64,000 nt of DNA from a virus (taxonomy: Duplodnaviria > Caudoviricetes). Below are positions 36,651-46,196 of this stretch, piece by piece (position 1 is the first letter of the stretch; every line of letters starts with the position of its first letter). The notes under the pieces are model-generated. The model saw only the letters and a list, made by a program, of their open reading frames with translations. It ran no database searches and had not been told where the DNA came from. The stretch lies in IMG/VR virus record IMGVR_UViG_3300025150_000002, positions 96,001-160,000 of that record; one strand, written 5' to 3'. A program made the position numbers and the translations under genes.

Positions 36651-38035
36651 TTGGCAAGAATCTTCATGAGGGCTCCCCACACACGCTCCTGCGCGTCCAG
36701 GTCCTCAAGGAAAATCGCCTCCATTTCCTTCTGTGTCTTGGCCTCCACGCCCATCAGCTCGTAGCCGGTGCCGGTCTCCTTCTTCTTGAGGAGCTCGTAG
36801 CGCTTCGCGTACTCCCACAACCAGATGGTGTTATCGGTGTCTCCGACGCGCCGACCGTGCCCAGCCCGCATCCAGTAGTGGAAGGTCCCGTAACGGCCTG
36901 GCGGACAGATGCCAGAATCGGTGACCTTGCACTCGATCTCGATGAAGTCGGAGGTGTCGTCCTCGCCGGGCTTCCACTTGCCTCCGAACTTCGTGACGTG
37001 GTCCTTGTAGCCACCCTTTCCGTCCGACAGAAGGTAGTGCTTCTGTCGCTTCTGGAACTTGATGTCACAGGCGCTGGTGTAGCCCTGACCGAGTCCACCC
37101 GGCATGACATCCGGGTTGCCGAACGCCGATGTCTTGTTGCGAATCTGGTTGATGCAGATGACGGTCGGCTTTCGGGTGCTGAGGATGTCTTTGCTCACCA
37201 GCGAGCAGACCCACTTGCGCATGGCTGAGTTGACCAGCATGGCGTTCCGCCCGATGGTCTTACCCTTCTCGGCGGCCTTCTGAAGCTCGTCGGCGCTGGT
37301 GATCTGTGCGATCGAGTCGATGATCACCAGCCCGATTCCGGCGTCGGACCGCAAAGCAGCGTCGGCGATGTCGACGACCTGCTCACCGCCTTTGGGTGAG
37401 ACCATAGCAAGTCGCTCTGGGGCGATACCGTGGGCCTCAGCCCACGGCCGGTTATCCGAGATACGACCCTCGACATCCACGTAGAGACACTTGGCGTAGA
37501 TGAACGGGCCCACGCACTTACACAGCAGACGGTGCTCGAAGCAGCGTCCGCAGTGGTTGGAGGTGAAGGCCTCGGCACAGTTCAGCGCCGACCCGGTTTT
37601 GGCACTCTTGGGCACTCCCCAGAACCGATAAAGGCGGCCTCTGCGGAGGCCTCCGTAGCACAGACGGTCGAGGACGAAGTTACCGGTCGACATGACCGGC
37701 GTGCCATCTACTGGTAGATCAGACGCCCTTTCGATGGAGCCAGGCCACCGCTCTTGGGCCGCAGTCATCCAGGCGTCGAACGGATCGGGTTCAACCTCGT
37801 CCTTCTTCTTGCGGCCCGCCTTCTTCTTGGTCTTCTTGACCTTTGCGGCCGGTTCGGTCTCACCATCCTCGTCAGCGTCGGGTTCGTCCGACTGATCAGA
37901 CGAGTCATCTGCTGGCTCGTCTGCTGGTTCTTCGAAGGCCTCATCAGCTTCAACCGTGTCTATGGCGGCAGGAGCATCAGTGATCTTCTTGGAGGTTGAT
38001 CGCTTCTTGGTTGTCTTCTTCTTCTTTTTAGCCAT
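36647..38035 (-). CDS. RecA/UvsX-like recombinase
   Basis: STGNFVLDRLCYGGL..G, Walker A variant GVPKSAKT, YVDVEG, IIDSIAQ, ICINQIR, PGG; Cys-rich insert CGRC..CKC. Confidence 0.88.
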   Translation of the reverse strand: MAKKKKKTTKKRSTSKKITDAPAAIDTVEADEAFEEPADEPADDSSDQSDEPDADEDGETEPAAKVKKTKKKAGRKKKDEVEPDPFDAWMTAAQERWPGSIERASDLPVDGTPVMSTGNFVLDRLCYGGLRRGRLYRFWGVPKSAKTGSALNCAEAFTSNHCGRCFEHRLLCKCVGPFIYAKCLYVDVEGRISDNRPWAEAHGIAPERLAMVSPKGGEQVVDIADAALRSDAGIGLVIIDSIAQITSADELQKAAEKGKTIGRNAMLVNSAMRKWVCSLVSKDILSTRKPTVICINQIRNKTSAFGNPDVMPGGLGQGYTSACDIKFQKRQKHYLLSDGKGGYKDHVTKFGGKWKPGEDDTSDFIEIECKVTDSGICPPGRYGTFHYWMRAGHGRRVGDTDNTIWLWEYAKRYELLKKKETGTGYELMGVEAKTQKEMEAIFLEDLDAQERVWGALMKILAN

Positions 38036-38062
38036 GGGTTCCTATCAGCGATTCGTAAGGGG

Positions 38063-38455
38063 TTAGATCGCGATGTCGTCCAGGGCCTTCTTGATGATCG
38101 GGATCTCGCGCATGACGCGCTCCTTCGCCATTCGATAGGCGAGCTCGATCGCGTCTGGGAGCTCCTCCTTGTAGCAAGGGAGGTAAACGCCTACCTCTAC
38201 GCCCACAGACTGAAAGCTGCGAGATAGCTTGACAGGCACGCTGACGTGGGCGACGGCGGGTGTGGTGGCGAAGATCTGCACCTCAATGACTTGCTCAGTA
38301 GAGGCCGAGTCTTGGTCGACGCCATCAAGCTTCACGGTGCGCTGAACGACGACCTTGGTCTCGGCGGTTACAGGGACCATCGCAGCCTCAAGAGCTGCAG
38401 GATCCTTCGTAACCTCAGGTTCGTCAATTACTTCGGTAGTCGGTTCATCAAACAT
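38063..38455 (-). CDS. hypothetical protein
   Basis: Probable ATG at 38455 after GAGG; strong GC3 bias. Confidence 0.6.
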   Translation of the reverse strand: MFDEPTTEVIDEPEVTKDPAALEAAMVPVTAETKVVVQRTVKLDGVDQDSASTEQVIEVQIFATTPAVAHVSVPVKLSRSFQSVGVEVGVYLPCYKEELPDAIELAYRMAKERVMREIPIIKKALDDIAI

Positions 38456-38972
38456 TGAGGTCCTCGGTGTAGTCACTGACGATCGGAATGGGCCGGTCGC
38501 TTAGTTGAGTTGTCTGCCAAGACTCTTTTACCCGGAGTGACCACTCATCGAGCCGACCACTTTTTGACACGACTTGGGCAATCAAGAAAACCACGAACTC
38601 AGCAGGATACCAACGTCGCCCGAGAGAGTCCTTTGCGTAGTTGAGCGGAATGTAGCCTTTCTTTTCCCAATTCACAATCGTACGAGCAGAAACCCCCAAC
38701 AAACTGGCTACCTTGCCACTGCTCAGCAGCGTGACGCTGATCCCGTTCATCACGATGAGCTTGTCACGGTTGAACGATCTCCTCCGATCGCTTCCGCTCT
38801 TCTTTTTTCTCTGCCTACGCACGGATGCCTTGATGCTCTCCTGGTAGGAAGGGTCGTTGGCGTAACGCTCGCGGCGCCGCTTAAGGATCCTCTCTGCTTT
38901 CCTGCGGTCCTCCCGCCACCGCCTGCGCGACTCGTCCCGGCGAATAAGACTGATGATTGGGTCGTTGGTCAC
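38448..38972 (-). CDS. MerR/excisionase-like HTH protein
   Basis: SSGKVASLLGVSARTIVNWEKKGYIP...GRRWY. Confidence 0.75.
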   Translation of the reverse strand: MTNDPIISLIRRDESRRRWREDRRKAERILKRRRERYANDPSYQESIKASVRRQRKKKSGSDRRRSFNRDKLIVMNGISVTLLSSGKVASLLGVSARTIVNWEKKGYIPLNYAKDSLGRRWYPAEFVVFLIAQVVSKSGRLDEWSLRVKESWQTTQLSDRPIPIVSDYTEDLNV

Positions 38973-38974
38973 GA

Positions 38975-41734
38975 CTAGCTGGGGTTCCTGGTGATTCTGG
39001 TCACCTTGATTCCGAGCTGAGCATAGGTGTCGTAACGTCGATCAGCCTTTCGGATGGCGTAGTCTACGTTTTCGTAAGGATCGATGGCCAACAACGGGCG
39101 CCGGTCGGCCGGACCCTTATCGCGGAGACGTCCAATAGGCTGGAGTGGCTTTCCTGGAGGAGTCGCAAAGAGAAGCGTATCGATGTGAGGGATGTTCATG
39201 GCGTCGCGGCCGAACGCGTACGTGCAGAAGATCACATCACCGCTCATCGCGTCGTCGAGCTTGGAGCCCTTCAGGCCGCCAACAAGCAAGGTGACATTTG
39301 TGTCCTCATCGAGGAGCAGGAGCTCGTCAGACGCGTCGGGGGAGGATGCATCGGGGGAGGATGCGTATACCAGTGCGTCTAGGACGTTTAGCCTGGCCGA
39401 GAAATTCTCCTTCAGAGCCTTAAGGTGATCCTTCAACCGGGCGAAAACCAAAACCCGTCGCCCTTTACCCCGCATCTTGACCAGCTCATTTACGAGGAAT
39501 TCGTTGCGCCGTGTGTCCTCGGCCAACATCTTGTCGTACTTGAGAGGGTCCGGCATTGGTTCGCCGCTAGGGGTCCTCTTCCACGAGTTGGTGTATTCCC
39601 GCACCTCGTAGCGCTTTTTGTAGAGGACCTGGACGACATCCGGCTTCGGCGTCGCCATGACGACCTTATGGATGATTGGACCGAAGTGCCACGTTACGAG
39701 TTTGTCCAGGCCGTCATCCCTAGTAGGGTCGGCCGACATTCCTACCCTGTAACGTGTAGGAAAGAGCTTCATGACCTCGTTCCACTGCGGTGCACCGAAT
39801 CGGTTGCAGTTGTGGACCAACAGCCCATTGGCAACAAACGAGTGGTGCTCATCAACTTCCAGGTCAAACACGGGGTCATATACTGAAGCGTCTTCTACGA
39901 TCCTCGTAATCGTCGGGAAATTTGTAACGCATGGAAGGCGCAGCGTAATCTCTGACAATCCGTAGCCACTTGATGGCTTCTCTGACTTTGAGTTTGATGA
40001 TCCAGTACTTCCCTTTTGATGGGTACACTGAGCCATCGACCTTGAATCGGTCGTAGATGTAGTCCCGGAGCAGGCACACTTCGTCTTTGGAGAAGCCCTC
40101 AGTGTGAAATCTGATACCACCTCTTTGGCAGTTCCCATCGTCCATGTACCACCACGCCCATCCCTCATCAGAGATCGCAGATAACCACGCCGGGTTGACC
40201 TGTCTGCCGGGCCCGACACGGTCTCGCACTGAGAGCAGTGATGGGTGGGTGCAACTTGTTCCTCTGTAGAGGACATCTCCGTAACCGTGGTTCTCTTTTT
40301 CTCTGACCTGGACGTGCAGTCCGACAAGTCGTTGGGCTTTGTAATACGCCCAGTCTTTTTGTCGTGGACCATGGTTGAACACGATCCCTGGATAGACGAT
40401 TCCCCGCCCTCGGCCCCCTCCTGATCTTCCTCCGGTCCTGGAGGTGTTTGAGTAAAGAGCGCTGTCTCCGAGCAGTGTTCCGTAGACAAGTCCAAGGCAG
40501 TCGTCTGAGAGTGGGCGCCTGACGCCTTTGCAGCCGTTGTGCCCCAACACAACGCGCGGCCATTTGTAGTTCTTGATTCGAGCTCTTTCGAGGTCTGCTC
40601 GGACGCGCAGCTGTTCCCCACAGCCACAGGCACAGAATGGCGCTGATTCGTTGAGAATCCGGATTCGCTCTTCCCAGTCAATTGATCTGCGACGATTGTG
40701 GTGCCCCCGTACGAACCGTCGTCTTCGACCCCGTTTGTCACGTCTTGGGACAGACTCTCCGCAACCGCACTCACAGGCGATAGTAGCCGCATCCCCTCCT
40801 TTAGATTTTGAGCCTGAATCCAGCCTCGATCTGTCCGAATCAGGTGTTCTGGAGTGCATCGAAGAGTGACCCCTTCCGATGTTTCGATCGCCAGAGTCCT
40901 CTTCACACCCTTTGGAACCCATCTAATGATCCTCCGATAAGTCCATCGCTCATGATACTCATCGTAACATAGCACTGAACTGGCACCGGAACCAGGAATA
41001 TCTTTGATGGGCACTTTACCCACATCCGTGTCGATGAGGGAGTCACCAGCGATGCACTCGTCAGCCACGATCACGCCAAACTGGGCGTAGAGCTCGGGCG
41101 GGTATTCCTTCTCGCTGAGCAGGCTCTGCACCATCATGATAGTGACGGGGCGTCCTAGATCGCAGCGATCACGCTGAACAATCCCTATCTCCTCATCATT
41201 GAGTCCGAACAGCCATTTGGCTGTTTCGACCCAGTTCTTGACCATGTGCTCGTTATAGACCAACACACCAATGGTGGTGTTCAGCCGGTGGCCGATCGCA
41301 TATCCGAGGATTGTCTTACCGCACCCGGTGGGGGCGCACAAAATACCGCCGGAATGTTCCTTCAGATGCTTGACAACCATCTCTACGGCGAGCGGCTGGC
41401 CTCGTTTCGAATCGAGGACTGCGTTGAACGGTAGGTTCGTTGGTCGACCGTCGACCCACTCGAATTTGATGTCGTGGTTTCCGAGCTTTCGCTTACTGAT
41501 GGATTCAGCGAAGAAGAACCTGGGGATCCAGAAGTAGCCATCCTTCTTGTAAAAGGCTTCCACATCGATAGCAGGCGCGTCGTTCCACGACTTCATCTGT
41601 AGCGTTAGCCGCTCTTGCATGTCTAACTGTACGTCTACCTTGAGCTTCTTGGCCAGGATGCCAAGATAGCCTTGTAGCCGATACACATCAGGCTCAGAGG
41701 TCGTAGACATAACAGTCGGGCCTCGCACTCCCAT
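38975..41734 (-). CDS. UvsW-like SF2 helicase precursor with one intein
   Basis: CAPTGCGKT, VADE|CNRFG, GMSADPTRDDG, QPIGRLR. Confidence 0.9.
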   Translation of the reverse strand: MGVRGPTVMSTTSEPDVYRLQGYLGILAKKLKVDVQLDMQERLTLQMKSWNDAPAIDVEAFYKKDGYFWIPRFFFAESISKRKLGNHDIKFEWVDGRPTNLPFNAVLDSKRGQPLAVEMVVKHLKEHSGGILCAPTGCGKTILGYAIGHRLNTTIGVLVYNEHMVKNWVETAKWLFGLNDEEIGIVQRDRCDLGRPVTIMMVQSLLSEKEYPPELYAQFGVIVADECIAGDSLIDTDVGKVPIKDIPGSGASSVLCYDEYHERWTYRRIIRWVPKGVKRTLAIETSEGVTLRCTPEHLIRTDRGWIQAQNLKEGMRLLSPVSAVAESLSQDVTNGVEDDGSYGGTTIVADQLTGKSESGFSTNQRHSVPVAVGNSCASEQTSKELESRTTNGRALCWGTTAAKASGAHSQTTALDLSTEHCSETALFTQTPPGPEEDQEGAEGGESSIQGSCSTMVHDKKTGRITKPNDLSDCTSRSEKKRTTVTEMSSTEEQVAPTHHCSQCETVSGPADRSTRRGYLRSLMRDGRGGTWTMGTAKEVVSDFTLRASPKTKCACSGTTSTTDSRSMAQCTHQKGSTGSSNSKSEKPSSGYGLSEITLRLPCVTNFPTITRIVEDASVYDPVFDLEVDEHHSFVANGLLVHNCNRFGAPQWNEVMKLFPTRYRVGMSADPTRDDGLDKLVTWHFGPIIHKVVMATPKPDVVQVLYKKRYEVREYTNSWKRTPSGEPMPDPLKYDKMLAEDTRRNEFLVNELVKMRGKGRRVLVFARLKDHLKALKENFSARLNVLDALVYASSPDASSPDASDELLLLDEDTNVTLLVGGLKGSKLDDAMSGDVIFCTYAFGRDAMNIPHIDTLLFATPPGKPLQPIGRLRDKGPADRRPLLAIDPYENVDYAIRKADRRYDTYAQLGIKVTRITRNPS
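39809..41056 (-). mobile_element. helicase intein (416 aa); central region is non-protein-like filler in this frame
   Basis: CIAGDS...CTPEHLI...VFDLEVDEHHSFVANGLLVHN/C in Walker B. Confidence 0.92.
39876..40922 (-). CDS. LAGLIDADG homing endonuclease nested in the -1 (+2) frame of the helicase intein
   Basis: GLVYGTLLGDSAL and GWAWWYMDDGN, FHTEGFSKDEV, two CxCGCGE repeats; probable start ATG 40859. Confidence 0.9.
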   Translation of the reverse strand: MGSKGCEEDSGDRNIGRGHSSMHSRTPDSDRSRLDSGSKSKGGDAATIACECGCGESVPRRDKRGRRRRFVRGHHNRRRSIDWEERIRILNESAPFCACGCGEQLRVRADLERARIKNYKWPRVVLGHNGCKGVRRPLSDDCLGLVYGTLLGDSALYSNTSRTGGRSGGGRGRGIVYPGIVFNHGPRQKDWAYYKAQRLVGLHVQVREKENHGYGDVLYRGTSCTHPSLLSVRDRVGPGRQVNPAWLSAISDEGWAWWYMDDGNCQRGGIRFHTEGFSKDEVCLLRDYIYDRFKVDGSVYPSKGKYWIIKLKVREAIKWLRIVRDYAAPSMRYKFPDDYEDRRRRFSI

Positions 41735-41788
41735 AACCAGTTTTACCCGAGTTAGAGGGCGGAGTGATAAGCCTCTGAAAGATATAGA

Positions 41789-42895
41789 CTACGAAGATGG
41801 TGTATTCGGGTCGAAGTATGGGAGCGGCTTAGACCACTCGATACGACGTCTGATGACCCGAGCCTCATCAAACAGCTTGTTTATGATGGGGTAAGGCAAG
41901 ACCGAGGGGTCTATCTTCATTCGAACGGGCTTACCATCTGCGGTCGAATCAATGATGGGTCCCCACGGGCACTCCATCAGCTTGACCGGCATATGTCCGT
42001 CAAGAATGTAAGCAATCTTGCTAGCCATCGCATGCCCCGCCGGATCGCCATCGGTGAAAATACAAACAAATGGCGGCTTGCAGCTAGCCAGCGTTAGCGC
42101 ATGGCGATCGGTGAACCCCTCACCAAGAGAGGCGGCGACGCACGCCTTGCCGTCGAGCGCCTGCCATGTATTGAGCGTGTCAATGCACGACTCGACGACA
42201 ACAACAGGCTTACCGTTCTCCAACATGTGAGCGCCGAAGAGATTCTTCGCCTTATCGAGTCCGCCGTAGTTGTGGTGTGTGTGCTTCGCCCTATCACTGA
42301 CAGCGCGACCAACAAGTCCAACCAGGGTTCCGTCGCGCCGACGGACAGGAAAAACAAGGTAGCCGTTCTCCTTATCGTAGCCAAGTCCCCACACCCTAGC
42401 CGTCTCAATAGAGATGCCGCGCTCGATGGCGTATTGAGGCAACCTCCCCGCAAACGGCTCAAAGGCGGACTCCGGAATAGCCTCTCGATCACGGATGGGC
42501 GATTTGGTCTCCTTAAAGGTCTGTTCATCTTGGAGCCGCTGCTTGAGTCGCTTGACCTTTCCGTTGAGCGAGACGAACTCATAGGCAGACACGTCTGCGA
42601 GTAGGGCGGTCAAGTGCGGGGCGCTCCCGCGCACCTTTACAGCCTCGCGAACTAGCTTGAGAAGACTCCCGTGAAACCTGCAGTTGCCGCTGAAACAGCG
42701 GACACGGCTCGGTCCGTCATCCGACACCTCAATGGAGCAGGACATGTTGTCGTCGTTCGGATCACCGTGGCGCACGATCGCAAGCGGACAGGACACCGAT
42801 ATATTTCGCGACCCGTTGACGCCCACGGCACTACGGACTCGGCCGTAGGCGAGCTGGAAGGTGTCACAGATCTTGATGATGCCTGCTTCGTCCAC
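41789..42895 (-). CDS. DnaG-like (Toprim) primase
   Basis: N-terminal Cys/His zinc motif, YLVFPV..G.LVGLVGR, VVESCID, FTDGDPAG. Confidence 0.85.
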   Translation of the reverse strand: MDEAGIIKICDTFQLAYGRVRSAVGVNGSRNISVSCPLAIVRHGDPNDDNMSCSIEVSDDGPSRVRCFSGNCRFHGSLLKLVREAVKVRGSAPHLTALLADVSAYEFVSLNGKVKRLKQRLQDEQTFKETKSPIRDREAIPESAFEPFAGRLPQYAIERGISIETARVWGLGYDKENGYLVFPVRRRDGTLVGLVGRAVSDRAKHTHHNYGGLDKAKNLFGAHMLENGKPVVVVESCIDTLNTWQALDGKACVAASLGEGFTDRHALTLASCKPPFVCIFTDGDPAGHAMASKIAYILDGHMPVKLMECPWGPIIDSTADGKPVRMKIDPSVLPYPIINKLFDEARVIRRRIEWSKPLPYFDPNTPSS

Positions 42896-42904
42896 TATGT
42901 CCTG

Positions 42905-45532
42905 TTAGTCGATCAGGATCGACTCCTCGTCGAATGGAGGGTCGTCGTCGTCATCAGCTCCGCCTCCGGCGTTCGTGCTGTCGAGGCTATCACCCGACCC
43001 CTCCTCGACCTTTTCGAGGATCTGGATTTCGTCGTAGTTGTGAGTGCCGGGATCGAAGTGAATCTCCAGATCAACGGTCTCGAACTCGCGTGCCTCCATC
43101 CCTCGGATGATCCTCCGCTTGTTTCCTCGGAACTCGGTGTTTCCGAAGATACCGTCGATGGCATCCGCGTAGTCGCCTACAGCCTTGGCGTAGGCCACAG
43201 CATCAGCCTCGGCATTCATATCACCCTTCTTGACCTGACCACTAAGCTGAGTGGTCGTGACGACGGGAATGCCAAACTTCGCAGCGATGTCAAGCTTGAT
43301 CGACTTGATGTTGTGGACCATGCGCTCCCACATCTGCATACGGGCGTTCTTAACGTCCAAGATGTAAAAGGAGTCGATGAAGACAGCCTTAGGCCGATAC
43401 TGCGCGACAAGCCCGACGATATCGTCGGTGGTTCGGGCGCGATCTGAGGCGACGATCACGATGTGAGGGCGGCTGTGATCCGCCTGCTTCATCTCGGCGG
43501 CCCACTCGAAGAAGCGCTTCTCCTCCTCTTCAGAGAGCTTTCCAGACCGGAACTTCTCATAGTCGAGTTTGTTGTGAATAGCGAAGAGCCGACGACGAAC
43601 CTGCTTGGTCGGCATCTCCATTGAGACAACCAGCAGGCACTCACCAGGCCCGAGCTCCGGATCTCCCTTATTTGTGACTGCGGTCCAGATGTGGTCAACC
43701 CACTTCAGCAAAAGCCACGTGTTATGGACGATCACATCGTTAGCGATGAAGCAGTGAGTTGGGATCACGGTCAGATCAAAGACTCGTCTCTCACCAACGC
43801 TCTCGACCATCACGATCTCATCCCACGTGATGTTGTCGTCGAGAACCCATCTGAGGTCTGAGTTGTAAACGTCGCAGAAGGCTTCAAACACCTTCCTCCG
43901 AATGCGGCCCGACTTGTAATCCAGGACGTGGCTCTTCTGGAACGCGAAGTCGTAGCCGAGCTCCTCTCCAACCTCCTTGACCAACTCAGGCCGGTCCGAC
44001 ATCTCGGCCTTGATCTGGTCCCAGAGCTCCTCGTTACGGATCCAGCCGACTCGGCTCCGGCCCTGAAACTTGATCTCCTGGAGCTTTGCTGCCTTCGGCC
44101 CGATGAGGTGCTGTCCAACCGTCTGCTTGAATTTCTCGATGTGCTCCATGCGGATCACCACCTCGGAGTAGTCGCGCTCACCGTCCCTGGTGTTCCGGTG
44201 AATGGTTCGCACTCTCGAAGTGACGCCGAACCTGAGGAGCAGGTGCTGAACCTGATCAGCCATCTTGCGAGAGCCGGTGGAGTAGCTGACAACCCCCTTC
44301 TTCTCAACCGATCCATCACACGACCACAAGCGCCCTAGAAAAAGGGCCAGCTGATGATTCGGAAGAGAGAACACAGCGTCAGGAATCGTCTTGTCGATTG
44401 ATAGCTTTCCGTGAAGGTTGTAAGACTTCAGCAGTTCAACGACACCGTTTCTTCCTCCGTGGAGTGTTACAACACGATGATTTCCAGGCTCATACTCATT
44501 GAGAGTGTGATCGGTTGTAGAGAGCGCCCCGTCCATATCCTCGACAATCTCTGGCACCGCACTTGTAAATGTAGGGGTCGATGGCTTGGTGCAACCACCC
44601 TCGGCGATCATGTAGGCCAGCACCTTGATGGTTGCTGGTTCCATACACACAGGCGTTATCGGCTCAGGAAACACCGCCACAGCTGCAGTGTGATGTCCCT
44701 CCTGGAGCTCGTCGATCCTCTTCCAACCCGTAGGAGTCATCAACGGGTGTTCTGGCGTAGCGATAAGCGATCGACCGGACCTCCATGTGATCTTGAGACA
44801 TTCCTTGATTCCCATATCGAGGTAGGCATCCGGTGACACACTGCGGAGAGGGGACGCCTTATCCCACGTGTGGAGCTGCCGAGTCCCCTCTCTGACAAAC
44901 TCCTCAATGGGAAGTTGCACGCCTGTTCTAGCACAAATCACTGGAGTATCAGGACTTAGGCACTTGCCGGACTTTCGCTTAGCTAGGAGAACGGTGACCT
45001 CACCAGCCTGAAGGCCCAGGCTCGCTTTGTCACGAGACGGCCAGGGTGACGAGAACCCGAGCAGTCCACCATCGCGGCTCTTTGCGTCGAGGTAGTCGTC
45101 TTCGATTTCTGAGATAGCAGCCGCCGAGTTGGTGCTTATCACCGAACCAAGGCTCCAAGTGGTCTCCTTGACCAGGTCTCCTAGCGCGTCCCGGGCGGCG
45201 AACGGATCCTTGTAGACTTGCTCCGTGATCAGGTCCAGTCCGTCGGCCAGCTTATTCTGCAGCGTACGACGCATGATGTCTTGCGCGCATAGATCGACAT
45301 CAAATTCAACGGCTGTCTCTTCGATGTCGATCGAGTAGTGCTGCCGAATCGTTGCCACGTTTGGCATCTTGCCCTTCGGCAAGAACACCTCCTCGAACGC
45401 GACGAAAATAGTGCGGTCATCGGCAGCAAGGATAAATTCTGCCTCGACCCCCATCGTTTTCGCCTTCTGAAAAGCGGGCACGCCGCCTTGCATAATGCTG
45501 TAGATGAGTGCCCGGTCTGGGTGGGTGTCCAC
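42905..45532 (-). CDS. DnaB-like replicative helicase precursor with one intein
   Basis: AKRKSGK|TWLL, VSMEM, VFIDSFY, TTQLSG. Confidence 0.9.
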   Translation of the reverse strand: MDTHPDRALIYSIMQGGVPAFQKAKTMGVEAEFILAADDRTIFVAFEEVFLPKGKMPNVATIRQHYSIDIEETAVEFDVDLCAQDIMRRTLQNKLADGLDLITEQVYKDPFAARDALGDLVKETTWSLGSVISTNSAAAISEIEDDYLDAKSRDGGLLGFSSPWPSRDKASLGLQAGEVTVLLAKRKSGKCLSPDTPVICARTGVQLPIEEFVREGTRQLHTWDKASPLRSVSPDAYLDMGIKECLKITWRSGRSLIATPEHPLMTPTGWKRIDELQEGHHTAAVAVFPEPITPVCMEPATIKVLAYMIAEGGCTKPSTPTFTSAVPEIVEDMDGALSTTDHTLNEYEPGNHRVVTLHGGRNGVVELLKSYNLHGKLSIDKTIPDAVFSLPNHQLALFLGRLWSCDGSVEKKGVVSYSTGSRKMADQVQHLLLRFGVTSRVRTIHRNTRDGERDYSEVVIRMEHIEKFKQTVGQHLIGPKAAKLQEIKFQGRSRVGWIRNEELWDQIKAEMSDRPELVKEVGEELGYDFAFQKSHVLDYKSGRIRRKVFEAFCDVYNSDLRWVLDDNITWDEIVMVESVGERRVFDLTVIPTHCFIANDVIVHNTWLLLKWVDHIWTAVTNKGDPELGPGECLLVVSMEMPTKQVRRRLFAIHNKLDYEKFRSGKLSEEEEKRFFEWAAEMKQADHSRPHIVIVASDRARTTDDIVGLVAQYRPKAVFIDSFYILDVKNARMQMWERMVHNIKSIKLDIAAKFGIPVVTTTQLSGQVKKGDMNAEADAVAYAKAVGDYADAIDGIFGNTEFRGNKRRIIRGMEAREFETVDLEIHFDPGTHNYDEIQILEKVEEGSGDSLDSTNAGGGADDDDDPPFDEESILID
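43721..44962 (-). mobile_element. DnaB intein with LAGLIDADG (414 aa)
   Basis: CLSPDT...ATPEHPL...LAYMIAEG / FLGRLWSCDG...VIVHN/T in the P-loop. Confidence 0.93.
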
Positions 45533-46188
45533 TAGGACTCCTGTTCGGGATCGTTGCCCTTACGCCAGTTAAACCCTCTTACGCTGATCGAGTAGAAGCG
45601 AGAAGGGTCGACCAGAATAGAACTGACAGATGGGTATTGTTTGATCAGCTCGGGAACCGGAAGGTTCGTTGTGATATAGGTGACGAGCCGGTCGTCGTAG
45701 CGACGTCTAATCAACTCTTCGATGATCCGGATGTCCCCGGCCTTGTAACCGCCGGAGGCGAGCTCTGTACCGAGATCATCGATGGTCAGTAGCTGACTCC
45801 TTGTCAGCACTTCCCAGATCTCAATCCCATCACTGTTGGTCTCTGTCCACCGCTTCTCATAGGCGTGCTCAATGGAGGATGCTAGGCGGTGATAGCACTG
45901 GCCCCCGCGTGCCATGGCGGCCTTGAGCATTATCGATGCCACGCTGGTCTTTCCGTATCCGTGGTTACCCACGAACACGGCACCCTTGCCATTACGCTCA
46001 TCTCGCGGAAGGTTGCTGATCATGCTGATCAGCTTCACCTTGTGTGAGCAGGTATCCGGGACTCTTTGAACGCTCACCGGCCAGTAGGAGCGTCCGATCC
46101 CCGCGTTGCGGAGCATGGCCTTGGTGACCGAGAACGATGGTTCGGGAGAAAGCGGTCGGTGATAGAACTCAAGATCGCCATCAGGCAT
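45532..46188 (-). CDS. DnaC/IstB-like helicase loader ATPase
   Basis: GNHGYGKT, LTIDDLGTE, RYDDRLVTYITTN. Confidence 0.88.
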   Translation of the reverse strand: MPDGDLEFYHRPLSPEPSFSVTKAMLRNAGIGRSYWPVSVQRVPDTCSHKVKLISMISNLPRDERNGKGAVFVGNHGYGKTSVASIMLKAAMARGGQCYHRLASSIEHAYEKRWTETNSDGIEIWEVLTRSQLLTIDDLGTELASGGYKAGDIRIIEELIRRRYDDRLVTYITTNLPVPELIKQYPSVSSILVDPSRFYSISVRGFNWRKGNDPEQES

Positions 46189-46196
46189 AACCGTAC

